Positions 1 to 14,180 are shown, counted from the stretch's first letter. The stretch is DNA of 64,000 nucleotides from Callorhinchus milii (GCF_018977255.1 NW_024704742.1:91824001-91888000); one strand, 5' to 3'. Notes: generated from the letters alone by a model not told the origin. Numbers and translations are program-made.

Positions 1-250
1 AGGAAAAGTTCCCTTTTCTTTTTGAATATTGTCATTGGTTCTTTAATGTTCACCTGAACAGACAACTAAGACCTCAGTTTGTCTCATCTGAAGGCCAGCA
101 CCTCCAACAATGCAGCATTCCCCCAGCAAAGCTTTGGAGTATCAGCCAAGACCTTGAACTCCAACTCCCCAATGCAGGACCTGAAGCAACAATGAAGGAA
201 CAAACCTTCTGACCCAGAAGTGAGAGAGCTACCAACAGAGCCAGGCTGAC
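1..250 (-). mobile_element. DeuSINE-type SINE, 5' part with tRNA-like head
   Basis: Reverse complement of the Deu core (…CAGATGAGAC…CAGGTGAACATTAAAG…) plus head TGTCAGCCTGGCTC. Confidence 0.65.
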
Positions 251-966
251 ATCTCAAGTGAAATTAACTAATAGGGTCTAATTTGTAGGTTGTGTTTATG
301 TTTTAACTGGTTAAATCCCAGTAGCAACCTAATCCATACTCTGGGGACACTAATCCTTGCCTTTGACAACCTGTGCCTAATACTTTCCAGATTTAAATGA
401 GGGTAAGTTCTTTAGGAAGTAGAGTGCAAACTCCATACTAAACTCACTGAAGGGAAATTTCTATGCATATAGTATGTGGAACTCTCGGGTTTGGATACCC
501 TAAAGGATAGTGAAGGATTACATAAATACCTGGTTGACCAAGAAAAGGATCACATAACAACCACTGAAAAGATTAAAAAGATGTACTATAGCCTTAAATT
601 TTTAAGAAGTCCAAGTCACTCCACTGGCTTGACCATTGCAATATATACAGGAAATAACCAGGAGCCAGTCCATGTCTTCAGTTATTAGTGGGGCAGATTT
701 TTCAGCAATATATCAATTATATATCACAATTTTCAACAATTTCGGTTGCAGAAATTTAAAAGGTGTATGACAAAGGGGGATTAAAAGATCTGACAAGATC
801 CAATGAACTGGTGAAACAGACTCAATGGGCTGAATGGCTTCCTTTTGATCCTGTTTTCCAATGTACTGAAATTCTGTGTGGGACAACCATAAGGATAATA
901 CATTTTTGAATTTTTATAGAACTTTTCTTTATTACTTAACAATTACAACATCCCATCGGCACTATT

Positions 967-1748
967 CATAGAATCATAGAATATTACAGCACAGAAGGAG
1001 CCCATTCAGCCCATCATGTTTGTGCCGGTTCTTTGGAAGAGTTACCCAATCAGTCCCACTCCCCTGCTCTTTCCCCATACCCCTGCAATTTTTTTCCTTT
1101 TCAAGTACCTATCGAATTCTCTTTTGAAAGTTATTATTGAATCTGGTCCCACCACCCTTTCAGGCAATGGATTCCAAACCGTAACAACTCCCTGTTTAAA
1201 AAAAAATTCTCCTCATCTCCCTTCTGGTTCTTTTGCCAATTATCTTAAATCTATGTGCACTGGTTACTGACCCACTGGCCAGTGGAAACAATTTTTCGCT
1301 GTCTACTCTATCAAAACCCCTCATAATTTTGTACACCTCTATTCAATCTCCCCTTAACCTTCTCTGTTCTAAGGAGAACAATCCTATCCTCTCTAGTCTC
1401 TCCACATAACCAAAGTCCCCCATCCCTGGTACCATTCTGGTAAATCTCCCTGCACCTTCTCATTCCTAAAGAAATGGACACAATACTCCAGCTGAGGCCT
1501 AACCAGTGACTATAAAGGTTTAGCAGAATGTCCTCGCTTTTGTATTATATGCCTCTATTTATAAAGCCAAGGATCCCATATGCTTTTTTTAACAGCTCTG
1601 TCAACCTATCCTGCCACATTCAAAGATCTGTGTATGTGAACCCCCAGGTCTCTCTGCTCCTGCACCCCCTTTTAAAACTGTACCATTTATTGGATATTGC
1701 CTCTCCTCATTCCTCCTCCCAAAATGCATCACCTCACACTTCTCTGCA
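967..1748 (-). mobile_element. CR1 LINE 3' fragment
   Basis: CATAGAATCATAGAA tail (reverse of TTCTATGATTCTATG) followed by CR1-like 3'UTR and ORF2 end. Confidence 0.8.
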
Positions 1749-1760
1749 GTAGAGCTACAG

Positions 1761-2113
1761 GTGGAGCCCTGTAGCTCAGTGGTTAGAACACACGCCTTGC
1801 AAGCAAGAGACCTGGATTTGATTCCCAGCAGGGCGAAATGTTGTGCAAATTTCCTTACTCCACATGCCTTTGTTTACCTAGCAGTAAGTAGGAACTCAGT
1901 TGTTAGTCGATTGGCAGATTGTTTTTCCCGGTGTAATAATTCCTTAAAAAAAAATTGGTCACTTCAATCCATGACTGTTTGTGGGACACTGCTGTACACG
2001 ATTGACTGCCACATTTCACCCACAAAATATACAGTCAATTCACTTTACAGTATATTCTATGAAGCTCTTTGAGACGTCTCGAAGATGTGATAAAATGCAA
2101 GGATTATTATTAT
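1761..2113 (+). mobile_element. tRNA-Ala-derived SINE (family A), full length
   Basis: Box A TAGCTCAGTGG, CORE-like middle, L2-like tail ending AAATGCAAGGATTATTATT. Confidence 0.9.
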
Positions 2114-2257
2114 TAAACTTCATTTACCCATTTCTGCCCATTTCACCAGTCTGTCTATGTTCTCCTGCAGTCTGCTACCATCCTCCTCACTGTTTACTAC
2201 GTTCCCAACTTTTGTGATTGAAATTCTGGTTGAAAGATCTGGTTACATAAAACTATC

Positions 2258-2916
2258 TACACATGTAGGAGATTTTAGATAAATATAGAGACATTAGGCC
2301 CCACATTTCATTCTTCTTCTTCTGAAGCTATGACTCCTTGGCTTTGAATGTTACATGATGGACAAATGTATCTGTATACATTAGAATACATTAGCATATA
2401 CAGCACAGAAACAGACCATTCGGCCCAACTGGTCTGTCCTGAATTTTATGCTCCACATGAGCCTCCTCCTGCCCTTCCTCAACTAAGCCTTCAAGCATAA
2501 ACTTCTAATCTAATTTGTACCCAAATCTTGTAAAGTCTTCACAATGTTCAATACCTCTATCAAGATCTCCTTGGTCCTCACATTTCAAGAGAAATGTTAC
2601 AATGTGAAGAAAATTCTGAAATTAATCTGGTCTCCCTCCATTTAGTGAGAGAGAAATAGATTAATGGAATATTTTAGAATCTTGGAGCTCCATGTTTGAA
2701 AGAATGGTGAGTAAAGATTTGCTCTTCCCATTATAAAGCAAAACGCTCGCTATTTGTAATGATTGCCATATGATATACAGCACTGTATTCTAATGTATAC
2801 AGATACATTTGTCCATCATGTAACATTCAAAGCCAAGGAGTCATAGCTTCAGAAGAAGAAGAATGAAATTTGGGGCCTAATGTCTCTATATTTATCTAAA
2901 ATCTCCTACATGTGTA
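2258..2916. repeat. 133-bp inverted repeat pair (2258-2390 and 2784-2916), one mismatch
   Basis: Base-by-base reverse-complement comparison. Confidence 0.95.
2380..2590 (-). mobile_element. CR1 3' fragment
   Basis: CAGCACAGAAACAGACCATTCGGCCCAACTGG, typical reverse CR1 3' end. Confidence 0.65.
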
Positions 2917-4869
2917 AGGAAATAATCTGTTTGATAATATTGGAAAAAAGTTACAGAAAGTCAGAAAAGGTTCAATAAATGAAGGCCCTTTAGCTCATTT
3001 GATCTAATCCATGAGAATTGATCATTTTTTTCATGATTGATTGTGAGATATTACTGTGCGCAAATTGGCTGCCATGTTCACCGACAAAGTACACAATCAT
3101 TGCTCTTTACAGTATCCTGCAAAGCACTTTGAGATGTCTTCCAAATGTGAAAGGCATGATATTAAATGCAAGAATTATTATTATTATAATTATCCTTTCA
3201 GAATACCCATCCTACTCTCTCCTTTTTAAAGTATTAACCTGTTTTTTAAGGCCGTCCAGTGACCTGGTCTCAACTCCTTTGCTGGTGATCTTATCAAGCT
3301 ATTGCTTATCATACACACTGCTCTTCATGCATATACCATTGGTAAAAAAAATCAATTGTTTCATCAAAGGAGTTTCCCATTATAAAGCAAAACGCTCGCT
3401 ATTTGTAATGATTGCCATATGATATACAGCACTGTGGACACACTATCTGGCAGCCACACAAAAAGTTGTTGGCATGACTACTCCTGGAATAGGTCATGGG
3501 AATAGAACAAGAAACAGGCAAAGAACATACAATAGTTAGCTGCTGTGATGGATTTGGATAGCTGTAACATCAGGGCTGATCCAATGCATCCATGCATAGA
3601 CCATGAAAGCACCCACCTCCAGTGCAGAGAAAGGACATAACATGGTAACTCTAGAGCTAAACTGGAGATAAGAATTGATTTTAGTGGAATGGGCTCTCTG
3701 ATGAAGGCACCAATTTTTTGGTTATACCGATGCCTTTAAAATGAGCCACACCTGTCGAAAATGTAGTTTGAAGTTTAAAGAGGGAGTGGTAACAAAGTTG
3801 CTTGATCAGCATGGAGAGGGTTAGGAAGGGAATATAGGAAGTTGGAAGTTCGAGATTCAATGGGAAAGGGAGGGGGATCAATGATATGGATGTTTGTTCA
3901 TGTGTTGCCTAAGGATCACGTCTTATGAACCAAGTGATCCTATGTTGTTCTAGGTTTTCTTCTGTAGATGCTCCGTTCAAAGCTTGCACTCTTACAATAA
4001 TTCTGGTCAATGCTGAAACAACATGTGCCATAGTAAAAAAAATCATTAAAAATACTGTTCCAGCTATGTATGAAAATTGCTATGCCATAAAAATGGATTT
4101 ATATGTTCTAACTGCAGATTTACAAGTCGAGTCAAACTTTAGGAGAACCCGTGACTCAAAGCATCCTTCACTTGAATAGTGGGGAGGAAGAGGGATGGCA
4201 CCTGAGTAATAGAATGAATGCTACTGCCTGCAAACAGATAACTTGAGGGAGGTGTGACTCTAGGAGAAACTAAATGTTAGCCTTGCTCAATTGGTAGCAT
4301 TCTCACCTCTGTGTCTAAAGGTTGTGCTCCTCCCTACAGAACCACAGGATCCAAAACTCTGTAGTTTGTGCACTCTTCTCACCTCTGTCTGTCAGTCAAT
4401 TCACTTCACAGTACTTTCTGTGAAGCACTTTGAGACTTCTTCACAACATAATAAAGCGTTATATCAAATACAAGAATTATTATTATCTTCATTCAGCTCT
4501 TCCAGCGGATCGAACACCAAATTCTCATCCTGACTTTCAGATGACTTCATGGATTCGCTCTAGAATCTTTGCATTTGATTAGCACCTCATCACATCCAAA
4601 CTCTCTCAGTGTGTCAAAATGAGTTATTTTACTGTAATACGAAGTGACTGTATTTGTAAGCGAACGTGGAAGCTAATATTAATTCACAACCCCTATAACA
4701 TGTGTAGTTTGTGACAGCCACTGTTCAAAAATGCTAGACCACCCCACAAAAAACAATAAAAGTTTTCCAGTCTAATTACCTTTCTTCAACATTAAAATAA
4801 AACCTATCATTTCTCAATTAAAATTTAATTTAGAAATACCGCAAAATTGACCTACTGGAATTTTTTAAG

Positions 4870-5286
4870 TCCATCACCCCATCCTTGCTCTGCTTTGCTA
4901 TTTCTCTATCCCTACTGGGTCAAGTTTCTAATCCTCTCTTTAAAGACCTCCAAGTTCTCAAGCTCCCCTCCCTCTGTGACCACCAGCCATATTACTGCCC
5001 TGGCCGCACTCTACACTCAACAAACACTGGCCTGCTTCACAAGCCTCACCATCGACAGAGGAGCTTTTAGCCATCCTGTCTCCACTTCTTGAACTTAATT
5101 CTGAAGTCCCTCCACCTCGTCCCATCCTTCCCTTCAAAACTTGTCTGAAGACCTATCTTTTCAACCTTGCTTGCTTCTGCCACCACCCCACCAACCCCCT
5201 TCAGCTATCCCCTCCTTAGCTTGAGCTCCCAACTACATGAAGTACTTTGAGTTATCCTAATGATGTGTAAGGCATAAATTGTTGTC
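4870..5286 (+). mobile_element. L2 LINE 3' fragment
   Basis: Starts at CATCACCCC (HITP-like) and ends with an AAATTGTTGT tail. Confidence 0.65.
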
Positions 5287-7087
5287 GATGGTTCAAGCCA
5301 AATGGCAGGACTTTGAGCTCAATCCTGGGGAGTGCTGCGTTGTCAGAGGTGCCATTTTTCAGATACAATGTTAAACCAAGACCATTTCTAGCCATTCACA
5401 CTATGTGAAAAGAGAAGGTAATTTCTTTGGATTGTTATATATAGTGATGTGATCATTATTTCAGAGGTTGATTGTCTCATCACTCTTCACATTTTTAATC
5501 CAGTCACATCAGAATTTCAGAAACGCACATTTTTGTGAAATCGCCATTTGTCTACCTAAAGTGCCAGTGAATCTTTTTCGTTCAGCTGTAGCAGGTTCTC
5601 ACATATGTGCAGAAAATGATACTTTCTTTTAAAAAAGGACAATAATACGTACTTTGTTTAAAAACCATAGAAACTGAATAATTCCTAACAAATTCCTCCA
5701 ATAAATTGTTCCCGTATTTATTTGTTTCTCCAACACCTGCTGGAGGGAAAGAGAATGTGTTCAATGCTAACACTGATCTCCAGGAACCATCAATAAAGGA
5801 AAAAGAAGAAGCTTATGGCGATCCTGGACTGTGATCTCAAAGCCTGGCTCATAAATAGTTCTAACCTTATAAAAACTGCTGACCTCACTTCCAGTGTGGT
5901 TAATCACATTCCTTCCCTAGAAGCACATGTTCTCTGACTCCGCAGCTTGTTCCAATCAACCTACAATAGCTACAGCATTAGCTGCAGTTACTGTCAAATT
6001 GTACTTGACAGTGAAACCCTTGAGAATGCTTTTGCGAGCAAAAAAAAATCAACTTTTGCTAATAAAACAGCAGGGAACTGATGCCTGCAGCATTTATTTA
6101 CACTGATCACTGTAGCATTTGATTTGAATATAAGGAATTCATTAAAGAAATTCTTTCTTTGTGATTTTTTTCATTCAAATCTACAATATTAAAGAGATTC
6201 ATTTGTTGGAAGAATGTAATGTGCTTTGATTCCATGCCCTTCTCTTGTTCCCTTTTGATGATAACACATATAGGAATGATCAGCTCTGCAGCAAAGATCA
6301 TTATCAAGGATTGGAGACCAATGGCCAAGATCGCAAAGTTATCCCACAAACTTCACTGCTTCCTATATGTTGTGTTAAATTATTACAGGAAAATCAGAAT
6401 GTCACAAGATATTTCACATCATCTATTTGCTCATTTAGAACTACAACGCCTACTGTGCTGACTTCTCATTACAATGTGTCTTAAATAACTACAATGACTG
6501 GCCTCCACCATCCTTTCCAGTAACCTGTTCCAGCTGTTAATTGCTCTCTGCCTAAAGAAATACATTACTTATTGGTTTCTGTCTTAAAATTGCATCTCAC
6601 TGTCCTCAATCTGTGCCCTCTTGTCCAGAGGTTTTTGTATATCTGAAAATATTATTCTGAGCTTTACTTTCTCAATGCCATTTCTCATCTTATATACCTC
6701 TAAAAAGTCCTTTTTTTCCTATAAGAACTAGTAGGAAACCTAAATAATCTCTTTGAAAGGCTGAAGAGCTTATCAGGAAATATGGAAATATGGGAAAAGT
6801 ATCTCAGAACTCAAATGTTCATGTTACATGGGGAGAGAATGTGAAAAGTTTTGTGTTAATTAACACATGTAATGATGACCATATTGTTGAAAATTGATGT
6901 TTCAAAGCAATCAAGCATTAAATCCCTATGTATTGTGACTGTCATCATCGTACCTGGGTAATACAGAGACTGAACTTTTATACTTTTCAGGTGACATATT
7001 TGCCTCCAAGAGATTGAGACCTTAAGGTGAAATTCAGGCTGAATGTCTCATTACCTCTAAGTAATCTTTCTGTTGATCCTAATCATC

Positions 7088-7320
7088 ATAATAATAATAA
7101 TAATTCTTACATTTGATACAGCACTTCATCACGTCTTTGAGACATTTCAAAGCGCTGCCCAGAATATACTGTACTGTACCCGGGTTCCTACTTACTGGTA
7201 GGTAAACAAAGGCGTGTGGAGTAAGGAAATTTACCCAACATTTTGCCCTGCTTGGTAATCAAATCCAGGTCCTCTTGCTTGTGAGGCGAGTGCTCTAACC
7301 ACTAATCTATAGGTCGCCAC
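7088..7320 (-). mobile_element. Family A SINE with internal deletion
   Basis: (TAA)n tail and reverse tRNA head. Confidence 0.8.
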
Positions 7321-8796
7321 TTATATTATATACACTGAGACAACAAAGTAAAGTATTGGCACTGTTTAAAAAGCCTTTGCTATGATCCTCAATTGCTGTT
7401 CAATCATATATTGAGCAAATGAAATACAGACAAATTTCAGAATATTTTACTCATGGCCAATAATGACTATTGCAATCTGCCACCAGTGATTAGCAGTATT
7501 CTGGGGCTGTTAGAAACTATTACTCTTGTGCCTCTGTGGACCACTTTCCTTGTGTGCATAACCTACAGTTTGGTCAAGTTGGGCTGTGCCATGGTATAAT
7601 GTGAGGGGAGTGCTCACTGATCTCACCATACTTGTGGAGAGAAGCACCAGAAAGAGACCAGGCACTTGTCTACATAGATGGAGCGACAATAGGAAGTGAC
7701 TGCCAGGACATTCTGGTAACTGATATAAATCTCAGAACAGTCACTGTTTTGGTTATAGAGTGTTTGTGATGTAAGGCTGGGGACAGCCACTCTGATTATA
7801 CAGCGGCTCTGACGTAAATATTATCCAATAGGTAGAAAAGCTTACTATTTTCTTGGAAACAAATAAACAGCTGGACAAGTGGCAACAAGCAGCAGGAAGG
7901 TTTAATAAAAAGCTGCTTCTGGCCAAAATAGTGAACGTATGGTTAAATATTGGAAGGAAGGAATGAATGCCAGGCTTCCAGGGAATGTTTCTGGTCAAAC
8001 GCCAGTAATAAGTAAATTCTGTTTGATTCATTATTTCTCCACGTCTAACGAAGAACAAGGATCATGAATGAGATCCTTAGTAAAATCTGAGTAGATTGAC
8101 CAACCTATCAGAATCTGATGGTCATCTTGTGTTTAATGTATCCCTTGCTAATGAACTATTTATTGCATTGTCTTTGAATATAGATCTAAGAAGGTTAATT
8201 TTGATTTTGTTATTGAATCTGTTTTACATGTCTTTTCCCACTAGATGAATCATATAATTAACATAGTTGGTGCTTTATCCAACCACATGCTTCTCATTCA
8301 CAGCTTCCTTCATTTTCTGTATCATATTTAACCTGCTACCTACAAACTCTGAAATGAATAAAGATCCTGTTTTTCCTTTCACCCACCTCCTTTCTGAGGG
8401 CAGTAATCCCTTGTAGTTTGACAGATACCTCTCACACCCTTGTGGCTATTCCTCATGCGTGACAATGGACAATGCAAGTTGGTAAGTTTTGTTACGGGTG
8501 GAGGGCAGTGGTAGGGGAGGAGGGAGGGGGGCGCGGGGGGAGGGGATATAACAGCCAAGTCCAATTCTATTCTCAACTTGTGTTCGCGCACACACTTTCC
8601 ACCTGAGGTCATTGGATAGTGATCAAGAGCAAGAGTTTACCCTCTTTAGCTCAAGGGTACTGAGCAGATAGTATTTATTTTAAAGGGGAAAAAGAAAGTT
8701 CACATCATTCTCTAAATTGCCTGGAGGAAAAACATGATTTGCTAACCTTTCATTTCTCAATATGTTGCAATAGTTTTATTTCTCAATATGTTGCGT

Positions 8797-9220
8797 GTCA
8801 GCTTGACTCAGCTGGTAGCACTTGAATCACTGTTCACAAGATTTGGGTTCACAGGAGTTAGGACCTTGAACTCATATAGTCTAGGTTGACACTCCAGAGC
8901 GTTGCTAGGAGTATGCTGTATTGTCCGATATGCTGTCCTTTGGATGAGAATTTAAACCAAAGTCCTGTCTGCCTCTTCTGGTGGTTATCAAAATCCCTTG
9001 GCACAATTCAAAAACAAAAGGGAGTTTCTCATGGTGTCCTGGCCAACAATCCCTCAAATAAAATATGTTATTCACTTCACAGCTATTTGTAGGTCATTGC
9101 TGTGCATAAATCAGCCATATTCACCTACAAAACACATTCATTACACTTTACAATATATCCTGTGAAGAACTTTGAGACATGTTCCCAATGTGAAAGGCAC
9201 TGTATGAAATGTAAGGAATA
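8797..9220 (+). mobile_element. DeuSINE-type SINE
   Basis: GTCAGCTTGACTCAG head, Deu core GGATGAG..AAACC..GTCTGCC..GGTGTCCTGGCCAACAAT, L2-like tail. Confidence 0.75.
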
Positions 9221-12200
9221 CTATAATTCATAAAGCACAGTGATGCACTTACTATTACAATTCATTATCATACCACTTGTGGGTGAAGTTACGAGCTATT
9301 GATGTAACATCGGGCACACCTTTGTAACTTTTCTCTCTGCCTAAATAAAAGAAAAGGTTTGTCAAGCACTTATTAATAAAGGCAGTGCCTTTTTAAAAGC
9401 AATATCTACAGTATCCATTTCTAATGCAGTAAACATCTGTCGTGTTTTGAGTGGCTATTATAAAGATAATCCAAAATGCCACTCCTTTTGTTCACGTAAT
9501 GGCCCTTTAATGCATGATAGTTTTGGGGTTACCATGGAAATTGCCAAAATAACAAACACAAGCAAACGAGAGTATGTAATAATGCAGGGAGACTTTCTGT
9601 ATCACAATTACACAGTTCTGCAATCAACCACTTTCAGTTCTCTGTAAATCAGTGATAGAACAGTAAAAATGGGAATGAAAGTGTTCCCCAGAGTCTCATT
9701 GTGACTTGATGACATAATACATAATGATGTATTAACATCATTACGGGTGAGATGTGCTAAGTAATCTCGCACATCTGTTCAACAATGTGCTGGCAGCTGT
9801 GCCTGCTGACTTTTTTACTACCAGGCAGTTCACCACAGAGTTCAGCTGTTGCCTGCAGCAGGTCCCCCAGGCTGATGTCAGGCACTTACCTCCTGCACAT
9901 AGCCTCTGACATCAAGGCTGATGTCACTCGGCTGACTCGGCCACTGAGACCAGGGAGAGGCTGCTGAACAATTGCAGAACAGTGTATTATGATACAGAAA
10001 CGGTCTCCTGGCATTATTACTTCCCTGCCTTGAAGAGCCTTAATTAAAACCAAGACCTATCTTGTAACAAAGCCTTTAAGGAGTTCGCCGCCAGTAGACA
10101 CTAGACCACAAGCTGAAAAATAGGAGTTTTTAGGAGTTTCCAGGAGTAAAGTTTCCTACTTTACTCAAAATACTTTAAATAAAAGCAATACTCTTTGCGT
10201 TGCGTGCAGTCACTCTCTGAAGGTTATCTTTATCAAATCAACTGTTTAATTTTCTTTATCACAATCGCCTGCATTTATGGACCTTTTGATTGGACTGGAA
10301 TTTTAGACCTGATATGAATTACTCCAGGATGAGGTGAAGCTTTATGTTTGGTTGGCACTGGTCTCTTTGTGTCGACAGTTGCCAAGGATGTTCAGCTCCT
10401 AATATTCAAACATTTCTAGTCATTGTCTCAATATAATACCAAATGGGCCGTGGCATGATGTGATTTTCAGGTGCCCCAGCACTGTAGGGCCACTTGTGAC
10501 TTTATAGCCATATGCCATATTAGTGGGGTTCATTCTCTGTTTAAACGTGGTTCTTTGAAGCATTGAGTTGCTCGCTGGATAACCTAAGATAGATTAACAG
10601 CCAAGCATTCAATGTTACATCAGTTTATTTTCCAATTGATCTGGTGCTTGAACTGATCAGAACACAGTCATTAGTGTTCCTTGAAGCATCCGAATGATTC
10701 CATTCCACAGGAGCTTTGTAATGAAGCAAAGAAGGAGGGAAGAAAAGATCATGGGGTGCTGCCTGACAAGTGCCTTTCTGGTGTAAGCTCCCTTTTCACG
10801 AAAGAGGAAATGCCATCATATAAAAAGAGCAATAAAATGATTCATAAACAATTTGATCCACGTTACTACATTATGATGCACATGACATGACATATGAGAC
10901 CAATGGGATCCACTTCCTTATGTCACATGTACCCCTCTACTGTGGGTTCTGTTAGAGCATAAAAATTGTTAGAAATATGACGTCTTCTCATCATATTCCT
11001 CAATCACTTCTCTTGCCAGAAACTGTCTATTTATCCATTGAACTCATTTATATGATTCACTCTAACATCTCTCCCTGGTAACTTATTTCACAAATTTATT
11101 GCCCTTAATCTAAATAAGTTTCAACTGTCTTCCATCCTTTCTCCTAACTTCCTAATCTTGGTTGTTCTCACTGTTAAAGTAAAACTACATTGTGTCAGTC
11201 ACTACCATTTTATTCAGCAGAGTTACAACTACCTAATGGAGAAAGAAAAGTCCCCAGGGATAACATTACCTTCTGTTCAAAGTACTCCCCCCTCCCCAGG
11301 TATCAAGGACCAAAAACAAATTACAGAGGAATACTTTGCTTGCGATCCTTGTTTTTCTGCTGAACTTGGAACCTGTCTCCTTCAGAGAGATGAGTCCAGG
11401 AAGCTGAGTATGTCCCACAGCATCACTTTCGACATCAATATGGACAGGAGCTTCAGACTGGCCTGGAATCCAGCAGGAGCTATTTAGCCACAGAAAAGTG
11501 CAGTACCAAAAGTGCTTGCTTTTCTATAGACCCGTGTTGCAACATCTCATAGCAATTCACAAGTAATTTGCCAACAAAATATACAGTCAATTCTCTTTAT
11601 ATTCTGTGAAGCGCTTTGAGACGTCTTGAAGACATGACAAGACGCTATATCAAAATGTAAAAATTAATATTATTAATTACTGGGAAGTGTACAGACTGGT
11701 TTTAAAGAAAAATGCAGCAGCCTTTTGCAGCACAAACAGCCATGAGGTGAACAATAAATTAGAGAAGGGAGTTTCTCCCAGTGTCCTGGCCAACAAACCC
11801 CCAAATAAAATTGATCATTCACTTCATAGCTGTTTGTAGGGCATTGCTATGTGTAAATTGGCTGCTATGATCACCCATGACATGCATAGTCACTTCACTT
11901 TGCAGCATATCCTTTTTGACATGTCCTCCAACTATGAAAGGCCCTAAATCAAATGCATGTTTTTTTAAATATAATTAATCTGGTGATTTGTTGGCCAGGA
12001 TGTCAGACAACACTCCCATATCTTTTCAAAGAGTGTCATAGGATCTTTAATGGCCATCTGGAAATAGGAAGATAGGCCGTCAGTTTATTGTTTCATCTGA
12101 GAGATAGTGATGCCAACAACGCTGTCCTCCCCCAACACACACTGGAGTGTCAGCTGGGAATAAGAGTTCAGTTCCTAATTTAAGTTTAAAAAGTTCAGAA

Positions 12201-13959
12201 TAATGACTATTATAAACAGTTTGTTTCCACACTGAATGCAGTTATACTAGGGTGAGGATACTCTTTAATGTGTTCTCGTTACTTCCCTATATTGTTGTCG
12301 GGTTTATAAAACTGTAGCTCTATTGCAGGTATTGCTCAGAGTCTGCACAATTTTTGCATTGAATCAACACAAACAGCCCTATAAAGTGATATATACAGTA
12401 TAACGTGTAGGTGGGATGAAGAGTCATTAGACATGTGACCATAAGCCCTGTGAGCAAACAACAACTTGCATTTATATAGTGCCCTTTATGCAGATTGATT
12501 CTTGGAGCAAAGGTTACTTCCTTAAACTTCCCTACAATTTGGTGTTGCCTATTGCCTTGAAACACATTTCTCTGCACTGTGTATTATGGACAGGTGAAGA
12601 GTTTGGATTCTTTCTGTTTTGAGGCTGACTTTTATAATAATAGTAATAATAATATTTCATTTACTGGCAGTGACTGTCATGTTGAACTTAAGGCACTCAT
12701 GACTGAAGAGTACAACTTGGAGTGGTCTTCTAATCACTTGATGGAGACTACAGGGGTAATAGAGTTTTATTTCATTCCATCTTTCAGGGGAATACCATAT
12801 CCTGTATATTTAACATTATGGTAATCAAAACAAAAATAACGTAGCTATGGTAACGGAGGTTGAGAGGTACAGCTAGAAATGTTTAGGGACTCGATAACCA
12901 AAGGAATCCCTTGCTCCTGATGTAATGCATTGTTGAGGCAGCTGAGAGGTTTGGATAAATTCACAAACACACTATTTCAGCCGTTGGCGTCAGATTGATT
13001 CTTCACAGAATGATCTCTCCACGAGATGTGTGCAGTACCTGGTGTCGCTGTGACAACATTTCACAAGCCCTGAGGAGATAAATCAGGCAGCAGTCTCAGC
13101 CTCACAACAGCTAAACTCTGACTGTTCTTCCCAGGCCTCTCAGACTTATTCACGCTACCAGATAGACACAGTAGCTCCCCGTGTAGTGGGCTTTCTCCAT
13201 ATAATGATCCTTGCTATTGACGTCGCGCCTTAGTGAATCATTCAGACATCTTAAGGCAAGTCACAGGATTTTACTGTGGAGTGTAGTGACTGTGTATTTT
13301 GTGAGCCAACAGCTTGATTTGAACTCCTTGAGGTATAAAGTCACTCACTTGATGATTGTTTGTGGGACACTGTTTTGCGCAACTGGCTGCCACATTTCCC
13401 CAAAAAGTCAATTCACTTTGCAGTATATCCTGTGAAGCGCTTTGAGACGTCTCAACGATGTGATAAGACTCTATATCAAATGCAAGGATTATTATAATTA
13501 TTATTGTATATCTGTTCTCAGCTGCTGTTAGAAACGAAAAGATACTAATTTCCACCCAGCATCCACACCAGCTCTTGGATTGGTAGTGTTTGGGCAAGAA
13601 GCATTCAATCCAACAGCTTTATGCAGTGATTCTGTTGGTCCATGTTTGGAGGTGAATGTTGACAATGATTTAATGCTGAACTTGCAGCATATAGTAGAGT
13701 TGAGGGATTGCAAATCAAAGCTGCAACCCTGCTCCTGTTTTTGAGCCACAGTGATTTTGTACCTGTTACTGTATAAACACAGCTCAGTTGTGACAGTGTA
13801 ATCTGTTCATCACAGTCAAGATGAGTTGCGACAGCACTTAGCTAAACTCTGGCTGTTCCTCCCAGAGCTGGTGAATCATGGTTGCTTGAAAGCTCTTGTG
13901 AGGCTCCCCTGTCTAGCTCAGGGACATTCATTGGACCTTATAACATTATTAACAAATTG

Positions 13960-14180
13960 GCCGGACGAATGCCCCTAACCTCTGTAACTCCCTGACTCTA
14001 TCCCTTCACCTCGTCCCCTCTCTTTCCATCTTTAAATCCCACCTTAAAATCTAGCTTTGACCAGGCCTAGGGTCACCCCGTTCCCTTGCTTGGTGTCTCA
14101 CTCTGTCACTGTGAAGTACTCCAAGATGTTACCTTATGCAAAGTGTGCTATATTGTATAAATATAAGTTGCTGTTGTTGT
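13960..14180 (+). mobile_element. L2 3' end fragment
   Basis: TTTAAATCCCACCTTAAA…AAGTTGCTGTTGTTG tail. Confidence 0.6.
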
